A stretch of DNA of 64,000 nt from Candidatus Azambacteria bacterium (GTDB taxonomy: Bacteria > Patescibacteriota > Minisyncoccia > UBA10092): positions 78,203 to 142,202 of the forward strand of contig JACRAJ010000001.1 in the NCBI GenBank assembly GCA_016213445.1, written 5' to 3'. The notes beneath the pieces are model-generated. The model saw nothing but the letters and a program-made list of their open reading frames with translations. It did not search any database and had not been told where the DNA came from. Position numbers and translations under genes: made by a program. This document shows, piece after piece, positions 1 to 9,872 of this stretch; the stretch's first letter is position 1; every line of letters starts with the position of its first letter.

Positions 1-369
1 TCTTATGTAGGGAGTGGCTTCGCCCGATGTATAATTATAAAGTCCGGCGCCGGAATTGAATAAAAGAGGATTGCCGCCGTAAAGAGAAAGCGAAGTTGAA
101 TCATAAGCGGCTTGATAATCGCCATCGGCCAAGCCGCTATTCCAAGCCTTTCCCTGAAGCCAATTATTGTCCCTGATATTTCTCGCTATCTCAATGCCTT
201 CTCCCGTCAAATTAACCGCCACCAAACGATCTTGTATGTTGGAAACATAAAAAAATGAGGTTGCCATTAAATTCAGAGAGGCGACAAACGCCACCGCAAT
301 CAAGCCGACGGCCACTATGGTTTCAAGCAAGGTAAAACCGCCGCTATTTAATTGTTTCAAATTTTTCAT
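1..369 (-). CDS. Prepilin-type (PilV-like) minor pilin, runs off the window edge
   Basis: Manual translation from ATG at 369: MKNLKQLNSGGFTLLETIVAVGLIAVAF...EGIEIARNIRDNNW; class III signal GFTLLE. Confidence 0.85.
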   Translation of the reverse strand, partial: MKNLKQLNSGGFTLLETIVAVGLIAVAFVASLNLMATSFFYVSNIQDRLVAVNLTGEGIEIARNIRDNNWLQGKAWNSGLADGDYQAAYDSTSLSLYGGNPLLFNSGAGLYNYTSGEATPYIR

Positions 370-887
370 GGCGATGAAATATATCCGGTTTTATTAATGG
401 TAATCGCTCGCGTTGAAAAATCTTTGCCCATTAAAGTAATAATCGCCGTCGTCTGATCGGGAATGAAAGCAACCGACGGTTCCGGCGGAGAAAAAACAAT
501 ATCGGAAAGATTGCCGCTTAAAATGCCAATTTGAATGCCGGCGTTGAGATTCACAACTTCAAAATCTTCCGAACCGTCACCGGCTCTTTTAAAATCCCTG
601 TTAGAACAATCTTGAGATGGAGCCGAGTCGGCAAAAATAATATAATTTGTCGAACCAACGCCGTTAAAATGGATTCCCCAACCGCAGGGAACGCCGGCGG
701 TTTTAAAAACTTTTGAAGAAAGAGCGTAATTTTCAACCCTGCGCAAATCCAAAGACAAGTTTTGCGCCGATCTTAAAAGCGCCGAGCTTTGTCGCTCCGA
801 ACCGATATTAAAAACCACAACACCCGTAATAATAATGATAATCGACAAAGCCACCAGCATTTCAATAAGAGTAAACCCTTTATTCAT
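366..887 (-). CDS. Prepilin-type minor pilin (FimT/GspH-like)
   Basis: MNKGFTLIEMLVAL N-methylation motif; C-terminal ITINKTG. Confidence 0.85.
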   Translation of the reverse strand: MNKGFTLIEMLVALSIIIIITGVVVFNIGSERQSSALLRSAQNLSLDLRRVENYALSSKVFKTAGVPCGWGIHFNGVGSTNYIIFADSAPSQDCSNRDFKRAGDGSEDFEVVNLNAGIQIGILSGNLSDIVFSPPEPSVAFIPDQTTAIITLMGKDFSTRAITINKTGYISSP

Positions 888-890
888 ACT

Positions 891-1697
891 TTAAAAAATT
901 AATAAATCAATAAAATTTTGAAAGAAAAAAACGATCACAGCTCCCAAAACCAAAAAAGGAGCGAAAGCAATTTGACTTTTAAGGGTCTTTTTGCCGAATA
1001 GCATTAAAATTATACCAAAAACGGCGCCAATAATAAAAGCCAGCGTAAACGCGAAGAAAACCGAAAACGGCGGCAAAAATAAACCTATTAAAAATGCCAG
1101 CTTAACGTCGCCAAAGCCCATCGCATTGCCCTTGGAAAAATAATAAATCAGAAAGAAGAAAAGAAAAGCAATTACAGCGGCCAAAAGCGGATATATAAAT
1201 ATTTCCATTGTTTCATTTTGAAATTTAAAAGCGCTGAACGCATTATAAAAAAAAGAAACGGCAATCGCCGGATAAACCGCTTTATCCGGAATAATTTTCC
1301 ACTTAAAATCATAAACGGCGACAATTAAAAAAACAGACAGAATAAAAATTTCATAACCGGCATTTAAAAATTGAAAATTGAAAATTGATTGAAAATTGAG
1401 AATTGAAAATTGAGAATTGTTGAAATTTTGATAAAAGACCCCTGCCCAGATGAGGCCGGATAAAATTTCAACAATCGGGTATTGCCGGGAAATTTTTTTG
1501 CGGCAATAACGGCACCGGCCGCGAAGATAAATAAAACTTAAGAGCGGCACTAAATCATGCCACTTTAATTTGGTTTGGCATTTAGGGCAAGAAGACCCGC
1601 CAAAAATTACATTTTGACGGGTCTTCAAGCGATGGATCACGACATTCAAAAAACTCCCGAAAATGAGACCGAATAAAAAACTACTGAGCAACATCAT
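891..1697 (-). CDS. pilD: Prepilin peptidase (A24)
   Basis: GSFLNVVIHR, SSCPKC, GRCRYC, MGFGDVKL, AFAPFL; start trimmed to MMLLSS. Confidence 0.93.
   Translation of the reverse strand: MMLLSSFLFGLIFGSFLNVVIHRLKTRQNVIFGGSSCPKCQTKLKWHDLVPLLSFIYLRGRCRYCRKKISRQYPIVEILSGLIWAGVFYQNFNNSQFSILNFQSIFNFQFLNAGYEIFILSVFLIVAVYDFKWKIIPDKAVYPAIAVSFFYNAFSAFKFQNETMEIFIYPLLAAVIAFLFFFLIYYFSKGNAMGFGDVKLAFLIGLFLPPFSVFFAFTLAFIIGAVFGIILMLFGKKTLKSQIAFAPFLVLGAVIVFFFQNFIDLLIF
1367..1419. repeat. Heptamer tandem repeat (AAAATTG/AGAATTG) inside pilD
   Basis: aaaattgaaaattgaaaattgattgaaaattgagaattgaaaattgagaattg; encodes NSQFSILNFQSIFNFQF. Confidence 0.85.
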
Positions 1698-2244
1698 AAC
1701 AATACCTGCTGGCAACGCCGCCGCAACCGGCCGCATCCGCGCCGGTAAACCCGTTGGTGTAAGCGGCATTATAAGGACAACTTGATCCGGTGGTTGAATT
1801 ACAGTCCCTGTCTTGATTCAAAAGCGGACTGCTGCTGTCTTCCAAGCTGGCGCCGAGATGATATGACTGGGGACCTAAGGCGCCAGTGGGTGTATAACTG
1901 GCATACCAGTAGCAAAGATCGGAATTGGCAGTGCAGGAAGTTCCCGATGGAGCCAGAGGATCAAGCGGCCATACCGGTATTTGCCCGCCGGTGACTAAAG
2001 CGCCAAGATTGGCGGGATATGCTCCATTTTTGGCATAGTAATCTTCCATAGCCGTTTGGAGGTTTCGAACATCGCCTACTCTCTTAGTGTCTCTGGCTTT
2101 TCTTCTGGCGCTGGTTAAATTAACTACAATGATAGATGCTAAAAGGCCGATAATGCCGATAACCACCAAAAGTTCGAGAAGCGTAAAGCCGTTTTGCTTG
2201 TCCGCCGAAGCTTTAGCGCAGGCGGGATTGGATTTTTTAAACAT
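1681..2244 (-). CDS. Type IV pilin / GspG-like pilin
   Basis: GFTLLELLVVIGIIGLLASI..ARRKARDTKR, DP motif, Cys-rich C-terminus. Confidence 0.9.
   Translation of the reverse strand: MFKKSNPACAKASADKQNGFTLLELLVVIGIIGLLASIIVVNLTSARRKARDTKRVGDVRNLQTAMEDYYAKNGAYPANLGALVTGGQIPVWPLDPLAPSGTSCTANSDLCYWYASYTPTGALGPQSYHLGASLEDSSSPLLNQDRDCNSTTGSSCPYNAAYTNGFTGADAAGCGGVASRYCYDVAQ
2197..2226. repeat. 30-bp palindromic element (PAxAKASA family) in the pilin leader
   Basis: Reverse complement CCCGCCTGCGCTAAAGCTTCGGCGGACAAG; 25/30 identical to 41008-41037. Confidence 0.85.
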
Positions 2245-2315
2245 AAATTTATTTTTAACAATAATAATAAAATTTCGACCCTTTTAAATATTTAGATATT
2301 TAAATGTTTAAATAT

Positions 2316-3545
2316 TTAAAACGTGTTGACCAAATTATATATCGGAAGCAAAATCGCCGCAACCAGAATTCCCACGCCGACGCCCAAAACCACAATAAGA
2401 ATGGGCTCGATGAGATTTACCAAATTATCGAACGCTCTGTTAACTTCTTCGGTAAAAAATACCGCCACCTGTTTTAAAATCGTATCAAGCTTTCCGGTCT
2501 GCTCGCCAATATACACCATTTGGGTAACCATCGGCAGAATTTCCGGGTGGCGGGCAAAAACCGCGCTGATATTACTGCCTTTTCTCACCGCTTCATTGGC
2601 TTCAATGATAATCCGGCGATAAACCGCGTTGCCAACCACTTCGGCCGTTATTTCAAGCGATTGGGAAATGGCGATGCCGGCCGAAGAAAGAGTCGACAAT
2701 GTTTCCGAAAATCGCGCCAAATAAATTTTCTTCAGAAGGTCGCCGAAAATCGGCAAACGCAATTTTAAGCCGTCGTAGGCGTATCGCCATTCGAAAGATT
2801 TCCTGATTGCCGCGGCAATAAAATAAATGGCGATAAATAAAATAATAAACAAAAGCCATCCCCAGCTTTTCATAAAATTTGACGAGCCGATGAGCAACCG
2901 GGTAACGAAAGGCAGTTTTTGGCCGGATTCGGTTAAAATAGATGTTAGGCTGGGCACTACCCAAATCAACATCGCCGCGCCAACCATGATAAAAGTCGCC
3001 ACAATAAAAGCCGGATAAATCATCGCGCCTTTGACTTTGGAGTTTAAAAGATACTGGCGATTGATATACTCGGAAAGATAAGTCAAAGTTTCTTCCAACC
3101 GGCCGGAAATTTCTCCGGATCTTATCATTTGGATGAAAAAATTAGAAAAAACCTTGGGATATTTGGCAAGAGCCCTTGAAAAAATCATGCCGGCATCGAC
3201 ATCATCGGCAATACTGCCGATAATTTTGGAAAATTGAGGATTTTTAACCTGTTTTACCATAACTCGCAGCGATTGAACCAACGGCACTTTGGCTTGGATT
3301 AAAACCGCCAATTGTTTCGTAAAAAGAACAATTTCCTCTTGTTTAACCCTATTAAAAATCGCCAATAACCGGCCGACTAAAATGTCCAAAGCAAACTCTT
3401 TGGCCTCGCTGAAAGGTTTAATGTCCGTAATAATCAATCTCTGATTTTGCAAAATGGAAATAGCGGCTTCAATCGAAGGAGCATCAATAATGTTGGATTC
3501 AATTTTTCCCTCCTGGGTTCTGGCCGTATATTGAAATTTCGCCAT
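2316..3545 (-). CDS. pilC: Type IV pilus platform protein PilC (T2SS F family)
   Basis: FTKQLAVL, GEISGRLE, AMIYP, GEQTGKLD, LIEPILI motifs. Confidence 0.95.
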   Translation of the reverse strand: MAKFQYTARTQEGKIESNIIDAPSIEAAISILQNQRLIITDIKPFSEAKEFALDILVGRLLAIFNRVKQEEIVLFTKQLAVLIQAKVPLVQSLRVMVKQVKNPQFSKIIGSIADDVDAGMIFSRALAKYPKVFSNFFIQMIRSGEISGRLEETLTYLSEYINRQYLLNSKVKGAMIYPAFIVATFIMVGAAMLIWVVPSLTSILTESGQKLPFVTRLLIGSSNFMKSWGWLLFIILFIAIYFIAAAIRKSFEWRYAYDGLKLRLPIFGDLLKKIYLARFSETLSTLSSAGIAISQSLEITAEVVGNAVYRRIIIEANEAVRKGSNISAVFARHPEILPMVTQMVYIGEQTGKLDTILKQVAVFFTEEVNRAFDNLVNLIEPILIVVLGVGVGILVAAILLPIYNLVNTF

Positions 3546-3579
3546 TTTAATTTTAACTGTTTTAGCGCTTGATAATTTA

Positions 3580-4641
3580 CTAAAGATTCGCCTGTAATTC
3601 TTTGGGATTTAATGAATAAGCCAGGGCTGTTTCCGGCGCCACTTCGCCGCGGCGAACTAATTCGGCCAAACTGCGATTTAAAGAAATCATGCCGCTTTCA
3701 AGGGACGTTTCAATCACCAGGTCGATTTGATGAGTTTTATCCTCGCGAATCAGGTTGGAAACCGCATTATTCGCAAACATTATTTCAGCAGCCGGAATGC
3801 GGCCTCCCCGCAAACGGGGCAAAAGCCGCTGTGAAATCACCGCCGAAATGGTGTTTGCCAATTGAAATCTGATTTGATTCTGCTGATTTGGGGGAAAAAC
3901 ATCAATAATCCGGTCAATCGTTTGGCTGGCGCTGTTGGTATGCAGCGAAGAAAACACCAAATGGCCGGTTTCGGCCGCCGTGAGAGCGGCGGCGATAGTT
4001 TCCGGATCGCGCATCTCGCCGATCATAATCACATTAGGATCTTCTCGAAGAATCGAACTTAACGCATTATAAAAGCTTTTGGTGTCATTGCCAACTTCCC
4101 TTTGATTAACCAGAGATTTGTCGCCGACAAATAAATATTCAATAGGATCTTCAATGGCAATGATATGTTCGGCCCTCGAATGGTTGATTTCGTCGACGAT
4201 CGCGGCCAGCGTCGTCGATTTGCCGTGCCCCGACGGCCCCGTTAACATTACAAATCCCTGTTCCAACTTGGAAAGCTTGTGAAGCGCCGTCGGCAAATTG
4301 AGTTCTTCCACAGTCCTGATATTCGGAAGAATTAATCTCAAGGCGCTGCTTACAAATCCTTTTTCAAAGAAAACATTTACGCGAAAACGAGCTTTATCTT
4401 TGAAGGTGTATGAAAAATCAATTTCCTTTCTTTCAATGAAATTTTCTTTTCTGTCCCCCAAAATCTGATAAGCTAATTCTTCGGCATGCTGGGGAGTTAA
4501 AATGGAAAAATCATCAAGCGGCAAAAGAATACCGTCGACTCTAACGGTCGGCTTATAGCCAACGCTTAAATGCAAATCCGAAGCGTTGAGCTTTAACGTG
4601 CTTAAAAACAAATCTTCTAATTCTTGTTGGATGGTTGGCAT
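3580..4641 (-). CDS. pilT: Retraction ATPase PilT
   Basis: ASDLHL, GPSGHGKST, EDPIEY, LREDPNVIMIGEMRD, AETGHLV. Confidence 0.95.
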   Translation of the reverse strand: MPTIQQELEDLFLSTLKLNASDLHLSVGYKPTVRVDGILLPLDDFSILTPQHAEELAYQILGDRKENFIERKEIDFSYTFKDKARFRVNVFFEKGFVSSALRLILPNIRTVEELNLPTALHKLSKLEQGFVMLTGPSGHGKSTTLAAIVDEINHSRAEHIIAIEDPIEYLFVGDKSLVNQREVGNDTKSFYNALSSILREDPNVIMIGEMRDPETIAAALTAAETGHLVFSSLHTNSASQTIDRIIDVFPPNQQNQIRFQLANTISAVISQRLLPRLRGGRIPAAEIMFANNAVSNLIREDKTHQIDLVIETSLESGMISLNRSLAELVRRGEVAPETALAYSLNPKELQANL

Positions 4642-4721
4642 ATTTTAAATTTAAAGTTTAAATATTAAAATATTAAAATGTGAAAATAAAGAATTTAAAT
4701 GCTAAATTTACTCTAAAAAAA

Positions 4722-6281
4722 TCATTCTTTCGCGTTGACGCTGACAACCTGTAGTAATTCTTCGAAACCGATTATGCCTTCCAAAACTTTGTTAATACCG
4801 TCTTGGAACATAGTTACCATCCCCTGCCTTTTGGATTCCCCCAAAATCTTGGATTCGCTGGGCTCCGTTATGATTATATCACTAAGTTGGGGGGTTATCT
4901 CTAAAATTTCAAAAACCGCAATTCTTCCCTTGGTGCCCTTGTTGCCGCACTTGGGACAGCCTTGGGCTTTAAAAATCTTAAAGCTTTCCTTTTTTATTTT
5001 CGGACGCGACTGCTCGGGCATTGTCTCAATAGCATCCATGATTATTTTTTTCACGCTCTCCGGCGGATCCGCTTCCGTTTTGCAATCCGGACACAATCTC
5101 TTGACCAAACGCTGCGCCAAAGCCACGTTGAGCGCCGACGGTAAAAGAAACGGCTCAACGCCCATATCTATTAAACGCGGAATGACGCCAATGGCGTTAT
5201 TGGTGTGAAGCGTTGATAAAACCAGGTGGCCGGTCAAAGCCGATTGAACCGCCAAGCCCGCGGTTTCCGAATCGCGCATTTCTCCGACAACGATAATATT
5301 GGGATCTTGGCGCAGAATTTGGCGAAGCCCGCTGGCAAAAGTGTATCCTAATTCCGGCCTGATCTGCGATTGGTTCACGCCATCGACATAATATTCAACC
5401 GGATCTTCCAAACTGACGATATTCACCGCATCGGTGTTTAAAATCTGCAAAATACCGTAAATGGTGGTTGATTTTCCCGAACCGGTGGGGCCGGTCATTA
5501 AAATCATGCCAAAAGGCTTTTTAATGCCCCGTTCTATAACTTCAAGATTGCGGCCGACAATTCCCAATTCCGGCAAAGTTTTTAAACCGATGGTCGGGTC
5601 TAAAATTCTCAAAGCCGCTTTCTCGCCCCGCGCCGTCGGCAAAACCGATATTCTCAAATCAACTTCTTTTTCCCCGACTTTGGCGGTAAAACGGCCGTCT
5701 TGAGGCCGCCGCGTTTCATCGATTTGCAGATTCGAAAGAATTTTGATGCGGGAAATAATGGCCGGAGTGATTTCCACCGGCAGAACCACAACCGTTTGAA
5801 GCGCGCCGTCAAGGCGAAAACGAACGCGAAGCTTTCTTAGCGTTGGTTCAATATGGATATCGGAAGCCCTGGATTCAATGCCGTGCTTTAAAATCGTTTC
5901 GACCATCCGAATTATCGGCGCCTCCTGTTCTCTTTTGCCTTTTAATACTTCGGGCGGACCCACTTTTTCTTGCGCCAATTCTTTTCTCAATCCTTCAAGC
6001 GCCTCGCTGACTTCCTCCCTTAATCCGGCATACTGCTCCATCAATTTAGACCATGTCTCCTCGCTAATTTTAAAAACCCGCGCCGCGAGGTTGTTGCGAG
6101 AAGCTAAAAAATTAATAGCTTCTTGAGCTTTGACATCGTCGGGATTTACCAAGCCGACGTCTAAAACATTGTCGGACAAGGCCAAGGGAATCATCTTATA
6201 ATGCCTGGCCGAATCTTCGGGGATTAAAACCAAAACATCAGGCGGAATTTTACTTTCTTGATTAATGGGCGAATTTGGCAT
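4722..6281 (-). CDS. pilB: Pilus assembly ATPase PilB/GspE
   Basis: ASDIHIEP, PQDGRF, GPTGSGKST, LRQDP, CPDC/CPKC zinc motif. Confidence 0.93.
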   Translation of the reverse strand: MPNSPINQESKIPPDVLVLIPEDSARHYKMIPLALSDNVLDVGLVNPDDVKAQEAINFLASRNNLAARVFKISEETWSKLMEQYAGLREEVSEALEGLRKELAQEKVGPPEVLKGKREQEAPIIRMVETILKHGIESRASDIHIEPTLRKLRVRFRLDGALQTVVVLPVEITPAIISRIKILSNLQIDETRRPQDGRFTAKVGEKEVDLRISVLPTARGEKAALRILDPTIGLKTLPELGIVGRNLEVIERGIKKPFGMILMTGPTGSGKSTTIYGILQILNTDAVNIVSLEDPVEYYVDGVNQSQIRPELGYTFASGLRQILRQDPNIIVVGEMRDSETAGLAVQSALTGHLVLSTLHTNNAIGVIPRLIDMGVEPFLLPSALNVALAQRLVKRLCPDCKTEADPPESVKKIIMDAIETMPEQSRPKIKKESFKIFKAQGCPKCGNKGTKGRIAVFEILEITPQLSDIIITEPSESKILGESKRQGMVTMFQDGINKVLEGIIGFEELLQVVSVNAKE

Positions 6282-6365
6282 GGTAATGCTAAACTACAAA
6301 TTACATCCAAATGCCGCGAATAAATTCATAAAATACGAACATATCGGCAGATTTGGATTATTATT

Positions 6366-6707
6366 TTAATATGGAATAAACGGGTTTGTTCTTCCAAGCG
6401 AATCGGCAACAACCGGCAAGGCGCCGTACATTTTAAGCGATTTATAAAAAGCGCTGTCAAGAATTCCGAACTGAAGATCCGGAAGCCGGCTCACCCTGAC
6501 TTCCAAAGAATTTAAAGGCGGGGCGGATGAAAGAATCGGAGGCTGTAAAGACAAACTCACGCCTCTGTAAATGAAAAAATAACCCGCGGCGGCGATTAAT
6601 ATTATAAGGCTCGCAATAATCAAATAAAGCAAAAAAGACCTTTTCGGCCGCTCCGGAGCCTTAAAAGAACCGAAAGTGCCCGATGGCGGGCTGGGAATGG
6701 TAATCAT
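6366..6707 (-). CDS. Small membrane protein of the pil operon (PilP-like position)
   Basis: Single TM helix, C-terminal GRTNPF; translationally coupled to pilO. Confidence 0.7.
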   Translation of the reverse strand: MITIPSPPSGTFGSFKAPERPKRSFLLYLIIASLIILIAAAGYFFIYRGVSLSLQPPILSSAPPLNSLEVRVSRLPDLQFGILDSAFYKSLKMYGALPVVADSLGRTNPFIPY

Positions 6708-7249
6708 TATTGATAATAAGTGTTTACTGATAAATTAAATTCCAAATTGTTGGGATTAACGTTAATTTCGCCCGGCCTGATGCCATTGAAAGAAATGGCG
6801 GCAACATCAAAAAGCCTTAAACTTTTTTCCAGGGCCTTCACGTAATTTTGAAAATTCGGATAGGAGCCTTTCAGTTTGATATCCATTTTTAAAACTTTTA
6901 TTTTGAGGCTCGTAGAATCTTGAGGCTTAAAATCAACGCCCGAAAAAATCAAACCGTTTTCCGAGGCCGCGGCTTCCAAATTCACCAAGAGTTCGGGAAT
7001 ATTTTGCCCCGCCGGAACGGCTTGACTAAAAGAAACAAAATCGCTTGCCCGTTCATTATATTGGCCGATTAAATGTCGTAAATTCGCCGCCAGCTTTTCC
7101 CGTTGCGCCAAATTTTCCGCGTTGGCTTTTTTAAGTTCAAGCGCGGATTGGATATTATTCCAAAGCGGCAATAAAATCCAAAAGATCGCGGCAATCGCGA
7201 CAAAAAATAAACCCAGCGGAACAACTATATATTTTAAAAGATTAGACAT
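6707..7249 (-). CDS. pilO: PilO-like protein
   Basis: N-terminal TM, coiled coil, GSYPNF..LEKSLRLFD; synteny. Confidence 0.8.
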   Translation of the reverse strand: MSNLLKYIVVPLGLFFVAIAAIFWILLPLWNNIQSALELKKANAENLAQREKLAANLRHLIGQYNERASDFVSFSQAVPAGQNIPELLVNLEAAASENGLIFSGVDFKPQDSTSLKIKVLKMDIKLKGSYPNFQNYVKALEKSLRLFDVAAISFNGIRPGEINVNPNNLEFNLSVNTYYQ

Positions 7250-7251
7250 TT

Positions 7252-7785
7252 TTAATATTTTTTTCCAATAAATAATTGGGGATCGACGCCCACCGAAAGT
7301 TCAAATTCCAAGCCGTTGGTGCTGAAATTTATCCCTTTAACCTCAACGCTTTTAACATTGGCATTCTCGCGCAAAGCCACCATTTGCTTGGCTAAAGTGG
7401 TGTAATTTTGAGCAATGCCTTTAAGCTGAATAAGATTGGTTTTTCGATCGGCGTCAAATTTGATGAAAGTTATCTTCTGGTGAGTGAGCATTCCGATTGT
7501 GTTCAAAACATCGGAAAAACGGCTGTGGTTCCCAACCAAACTGCTGAATACATTTAAAGAATCGCTTAAATGCGCCACAGTATTTTCATCGCTAACATTA
7601 ACCTTGGCGGCGCTGATTTTAATCTGATTATTAATATCAACGATATCCGCCTGAACTTTGGATAGATAAACTTTTAAAAATATAAAAATGGCAATGCTTA
7701 AAAAAATCAAAGTTACGGAAACCCAAAGAGGCCAACGCCAGGTTGGCAGAGAAATTTTTGGTTTTTGAGGAATAATTTCTACCAT
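7252..7785 (-). CDS. pilN: PilN-like protein
   Basis: N-terminal xEIIP, TM, coiled coil, LKGIAQNY; lies between pilM and pilO. Confidence 0.75.
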   Translation of the reverse strand: MVEIIPQKPKISLPTWRWPLWVSVTLIFLSIAIFIFLKVYLSKVQADIVDINNQIKISAAKVNVSDENTVAHLSDSLNVFSSLVGNHSRFSDVLNTIGMLTHQKITFIKFDADRKTNLIQLKGIAQNYTTLAKQMVALRENANVKSVEVKGINFSTNGLEFELSVGVDPQLFIGKKY

Positions 7786-8861
7786 TATTGTATCGCCTTT
7801 AATGCTAACCCGACGGCTATCGTAAGCTCATGGCCAACCTCATCAATCGCCGGTTTTAATTTTTCGGAATAAGCAACCCTGCCAAAAGGAGCGCCGACAA
7901 TCGCATCCATTTTTAAGCGGCCGCTTAAATACTCGCCAAAGCCCGGCATTTTCGAGGCGCCGCCGTAAATTATTATTTTTTCAATTTTTTTCTTGGTTTT
8001 TGAAAAATAAAGATCAATAATATTTTGAGAAGCGTTAATAATATCGTTCAAAAGCGGGGTAAGAACTTCGGTTATTTGTTTATTGCCATTCATAACCTTC
8101 AAACCGCTTTCCTTTTTAAGATCCTCGGCGCGGCGCCAGTCAATATTCAAACTACTGGCCAATGCCCGCGTTAAATCCTCGCCGGAAGCCGCAATCGAGT
8201 GGCTGATTCGCAAATGCCCGCCGTCAACCACGCTGATAGTCGTATCTCTCGCTCCCATATCAATCAAAACCGCGGGAACCGTGTCATTGCCAATCAAAGC
8301 GCGAGTGGCCGAAACTGTTTCGAGTTCGATATTTAAAAGTTTTAATTCGGCCTCCTTGGCAATAACTGAATATTCACTGATAAGATCTTTGGGAATGGCG
8401 ACTAGAATAACCGAGATTCCGCCGGCGCCATTTTCGCCGATCACAGACCAATCGATAACCACGCTTTCGAGCGGCACCGGAACGTATTTTTTAGCCTCAA
8501 ACTGGATGGCGTTGACTAATTCCGATTCCGACATCTGGGGCAGCTCGATTACCGTGAGAAAACTGGAAAAAATCGGAACCGACATGTTGCCCTCTCTGGC
8601 ACTTATTGATCCTTCTTTAAAAAGCCTCCTGATCATTATAGCGGCTTTGCCGTTAAAAACTTTAGCCGTCCGCTCGCCGCTATCCCCGGCTGAATTTCCC
8701 GCCATTAAATCGTAATCGGTCAGAATGGCGTAATTTTCCAGCTTTGGCCGGCCGTCTTCGGCGGAAAGCTCGACGATTTTAATTGATAAGGTGCCGATAT
8801 CAATCCCTAAATAACTTTTCGGCCTTGACCCGATGCCAAATATATTGAAAGGTGAAGCCAT
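7785..8861 (-). CDS. pilM: PilM actin-like ATPase
   Basis: LGIDIGTLSIKIVEL, EAKKYVP, IDMGA, GGASKM, AVGLAL. Confidence 0.92.
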   Translation of the reverse strand: MASPFNIFGIGSRPKSYLGIDIGTLSIKIVELSAEDGRPKLENYAILTDYDLMAGNSAGDSGERTAKVFNGKAAIMIRRLFKEGSISAREGNMSVPIFSSFLTVIELPQMSESELVNAIQFEAKKYVPVPLESVVIDWSVIGENGAGGISVILVAIPKDLISEYSVIAKEAELKLLNIELETVSATRALIGNDTVPAVLIDMGARDTTISVVDGGHLRISHSIAASGEDLTRALASSLNIDWRRAEDLKKESGLKVMNGNKQITEVLTPLLNDIINASQNIIDLYFSKTKKKIEKIIIYGGASKMPGFGEYLSGRLKMDAIVGAPFGRVAYSEKLKPAIDEVGHELTIAVGLALKAIQ

Positions 8862-8967
8862 AAATAAAATAAAAATTTACAAACCTTAAAGTTGATTTTA
8901 TTATATCATAAAAATCTATTGTCAATATAAAAATAGTTATCCCCAATATCAAGTAATAAAAATCTTT

Positions 8968-9759
8968 ATGGCTTTAAAAAATTTTTTGCTCGATCTCATT
9001 TTCCCGAGATATTGCCCGGGCTGTAAAAAAGAAATAGCCTCGAACCGGCTATCGCCAATTTGCGATGATTGTTTCGATAAAATCGCCTTAAATTCCGGAA
9101 TTCAATGCCACGTTTGCGGTTTAAGAAACAATTATAGTGATTGCCTCCCTGCGAGAGACATTCCGGAGGGACACAAAAAATGCCAAAAAGAAACATCGCT
9201 CCAAGGAATTTTTTCGGCCGGCCGATATGAAGACCCGATTTTAAGAGAAATGATTCATTTATTCAAATACCAGTCCGTGGAATCGTTTAAAACACCCCTG
9301 TCGCGATTAATAATCGGTTATTTAACAAAAGAAAATTTGGCTGAAGTTTTCGGAGAAAACGGCATTGTTCTTTCGCCCATTCCCCTAACCTTGAGAAGAA
9401 AAATAAAACGCGGCTTCAACCAAAGCGAACTTTTAGCCGAAGAAATCGGCAAATTTTTAAATTGCCCGGTGGCAAACTTGCTGAAAAGAAAAAAATTCTC
9501 CGGTCCCCAAGCCGAAATTTCCGATTGGAAAAAAAGAAAAGAAAATATTTTCGGCGCCTTTGCGATAAACGAACCGATTTTTCCGATTTTGACAAAAACC
9601 GCCGCTTGCCGGCGGCGGGCGGCAAATTTCGACGGCATCAAAAAAGTGATTCTGGTTGACGATGTTTCAACCAGCGGCGCCACTTTGGAAGAAGCGGCCC
9701 GCGTCTTAAAAAACGCGGGCATAAAAGAAGTTTATGGGATAGTGGCGGCTAAGGGATGA
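8968..9759 (+). CDS. comF: ComF family phosphoribosyltransferase-like competence protein
   Basis: CxxC zinc ribbons, RGFNQS, LVDDVSTSGATL. Confidence 0.92.
   Translation: MALKNFLLDLIFPRYCPGCKKEIASNRLSPICDDCFDKIALNSGIQCHVCGLRNNYSDCLPARDIPEGHKKCQKETSLQGIFSAGRYEDPILREMIHLFKYQSVESFKTPLSRLIIGYLTKENLAEVFGENGIVLSPIPLTLRRKIKRGFNQSELLAEEIGKFLNCPVANLLKRKKFSGPQAEISDWKKRKENIFGAFAINEPIFPILTKTAACRRRAANFDGIKKVILVDDVSTSGATLEEAARVLKNAGIKEVYGIVAAKG
9144..9173. repeat. Degenerate 30-bp double-hairpin element in comF
   Basis: CCTCCC TGC GAGAGA CATTCC GGA GGGACA; resembles 50157-50186 and 39115-39144. Confidence 0.55.
9601..9623. repeat. GC-rich hairpin inside comF
   Basis: GCCGCTTGCC GGC GGCGGGCGGC (10-bp stem with G:T pairs); encodes AACRRRAA. 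Confidence 0.6.
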
Positions 9760-9768
9760 AAAAACAAC

Positions 9769-9821
9769 AAAAATGCTTTTAATTACCTCGGAATAATCTC
9801 CCTCCAATCGGGCAGAGCGAG
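9769..9821. repeat. Direct repeat copy 1 (gene 3' end encoding LALPDWREIIPR*)
   Basis: 52/53 identical to 11381-11433; core shared with 11979-12010. Confidence 0.92.
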
Positions 9822-9872
9822 AGATGAAACTTTGATATTGGCAATCTTTAATTTCACCATTAAATCCGGCGC

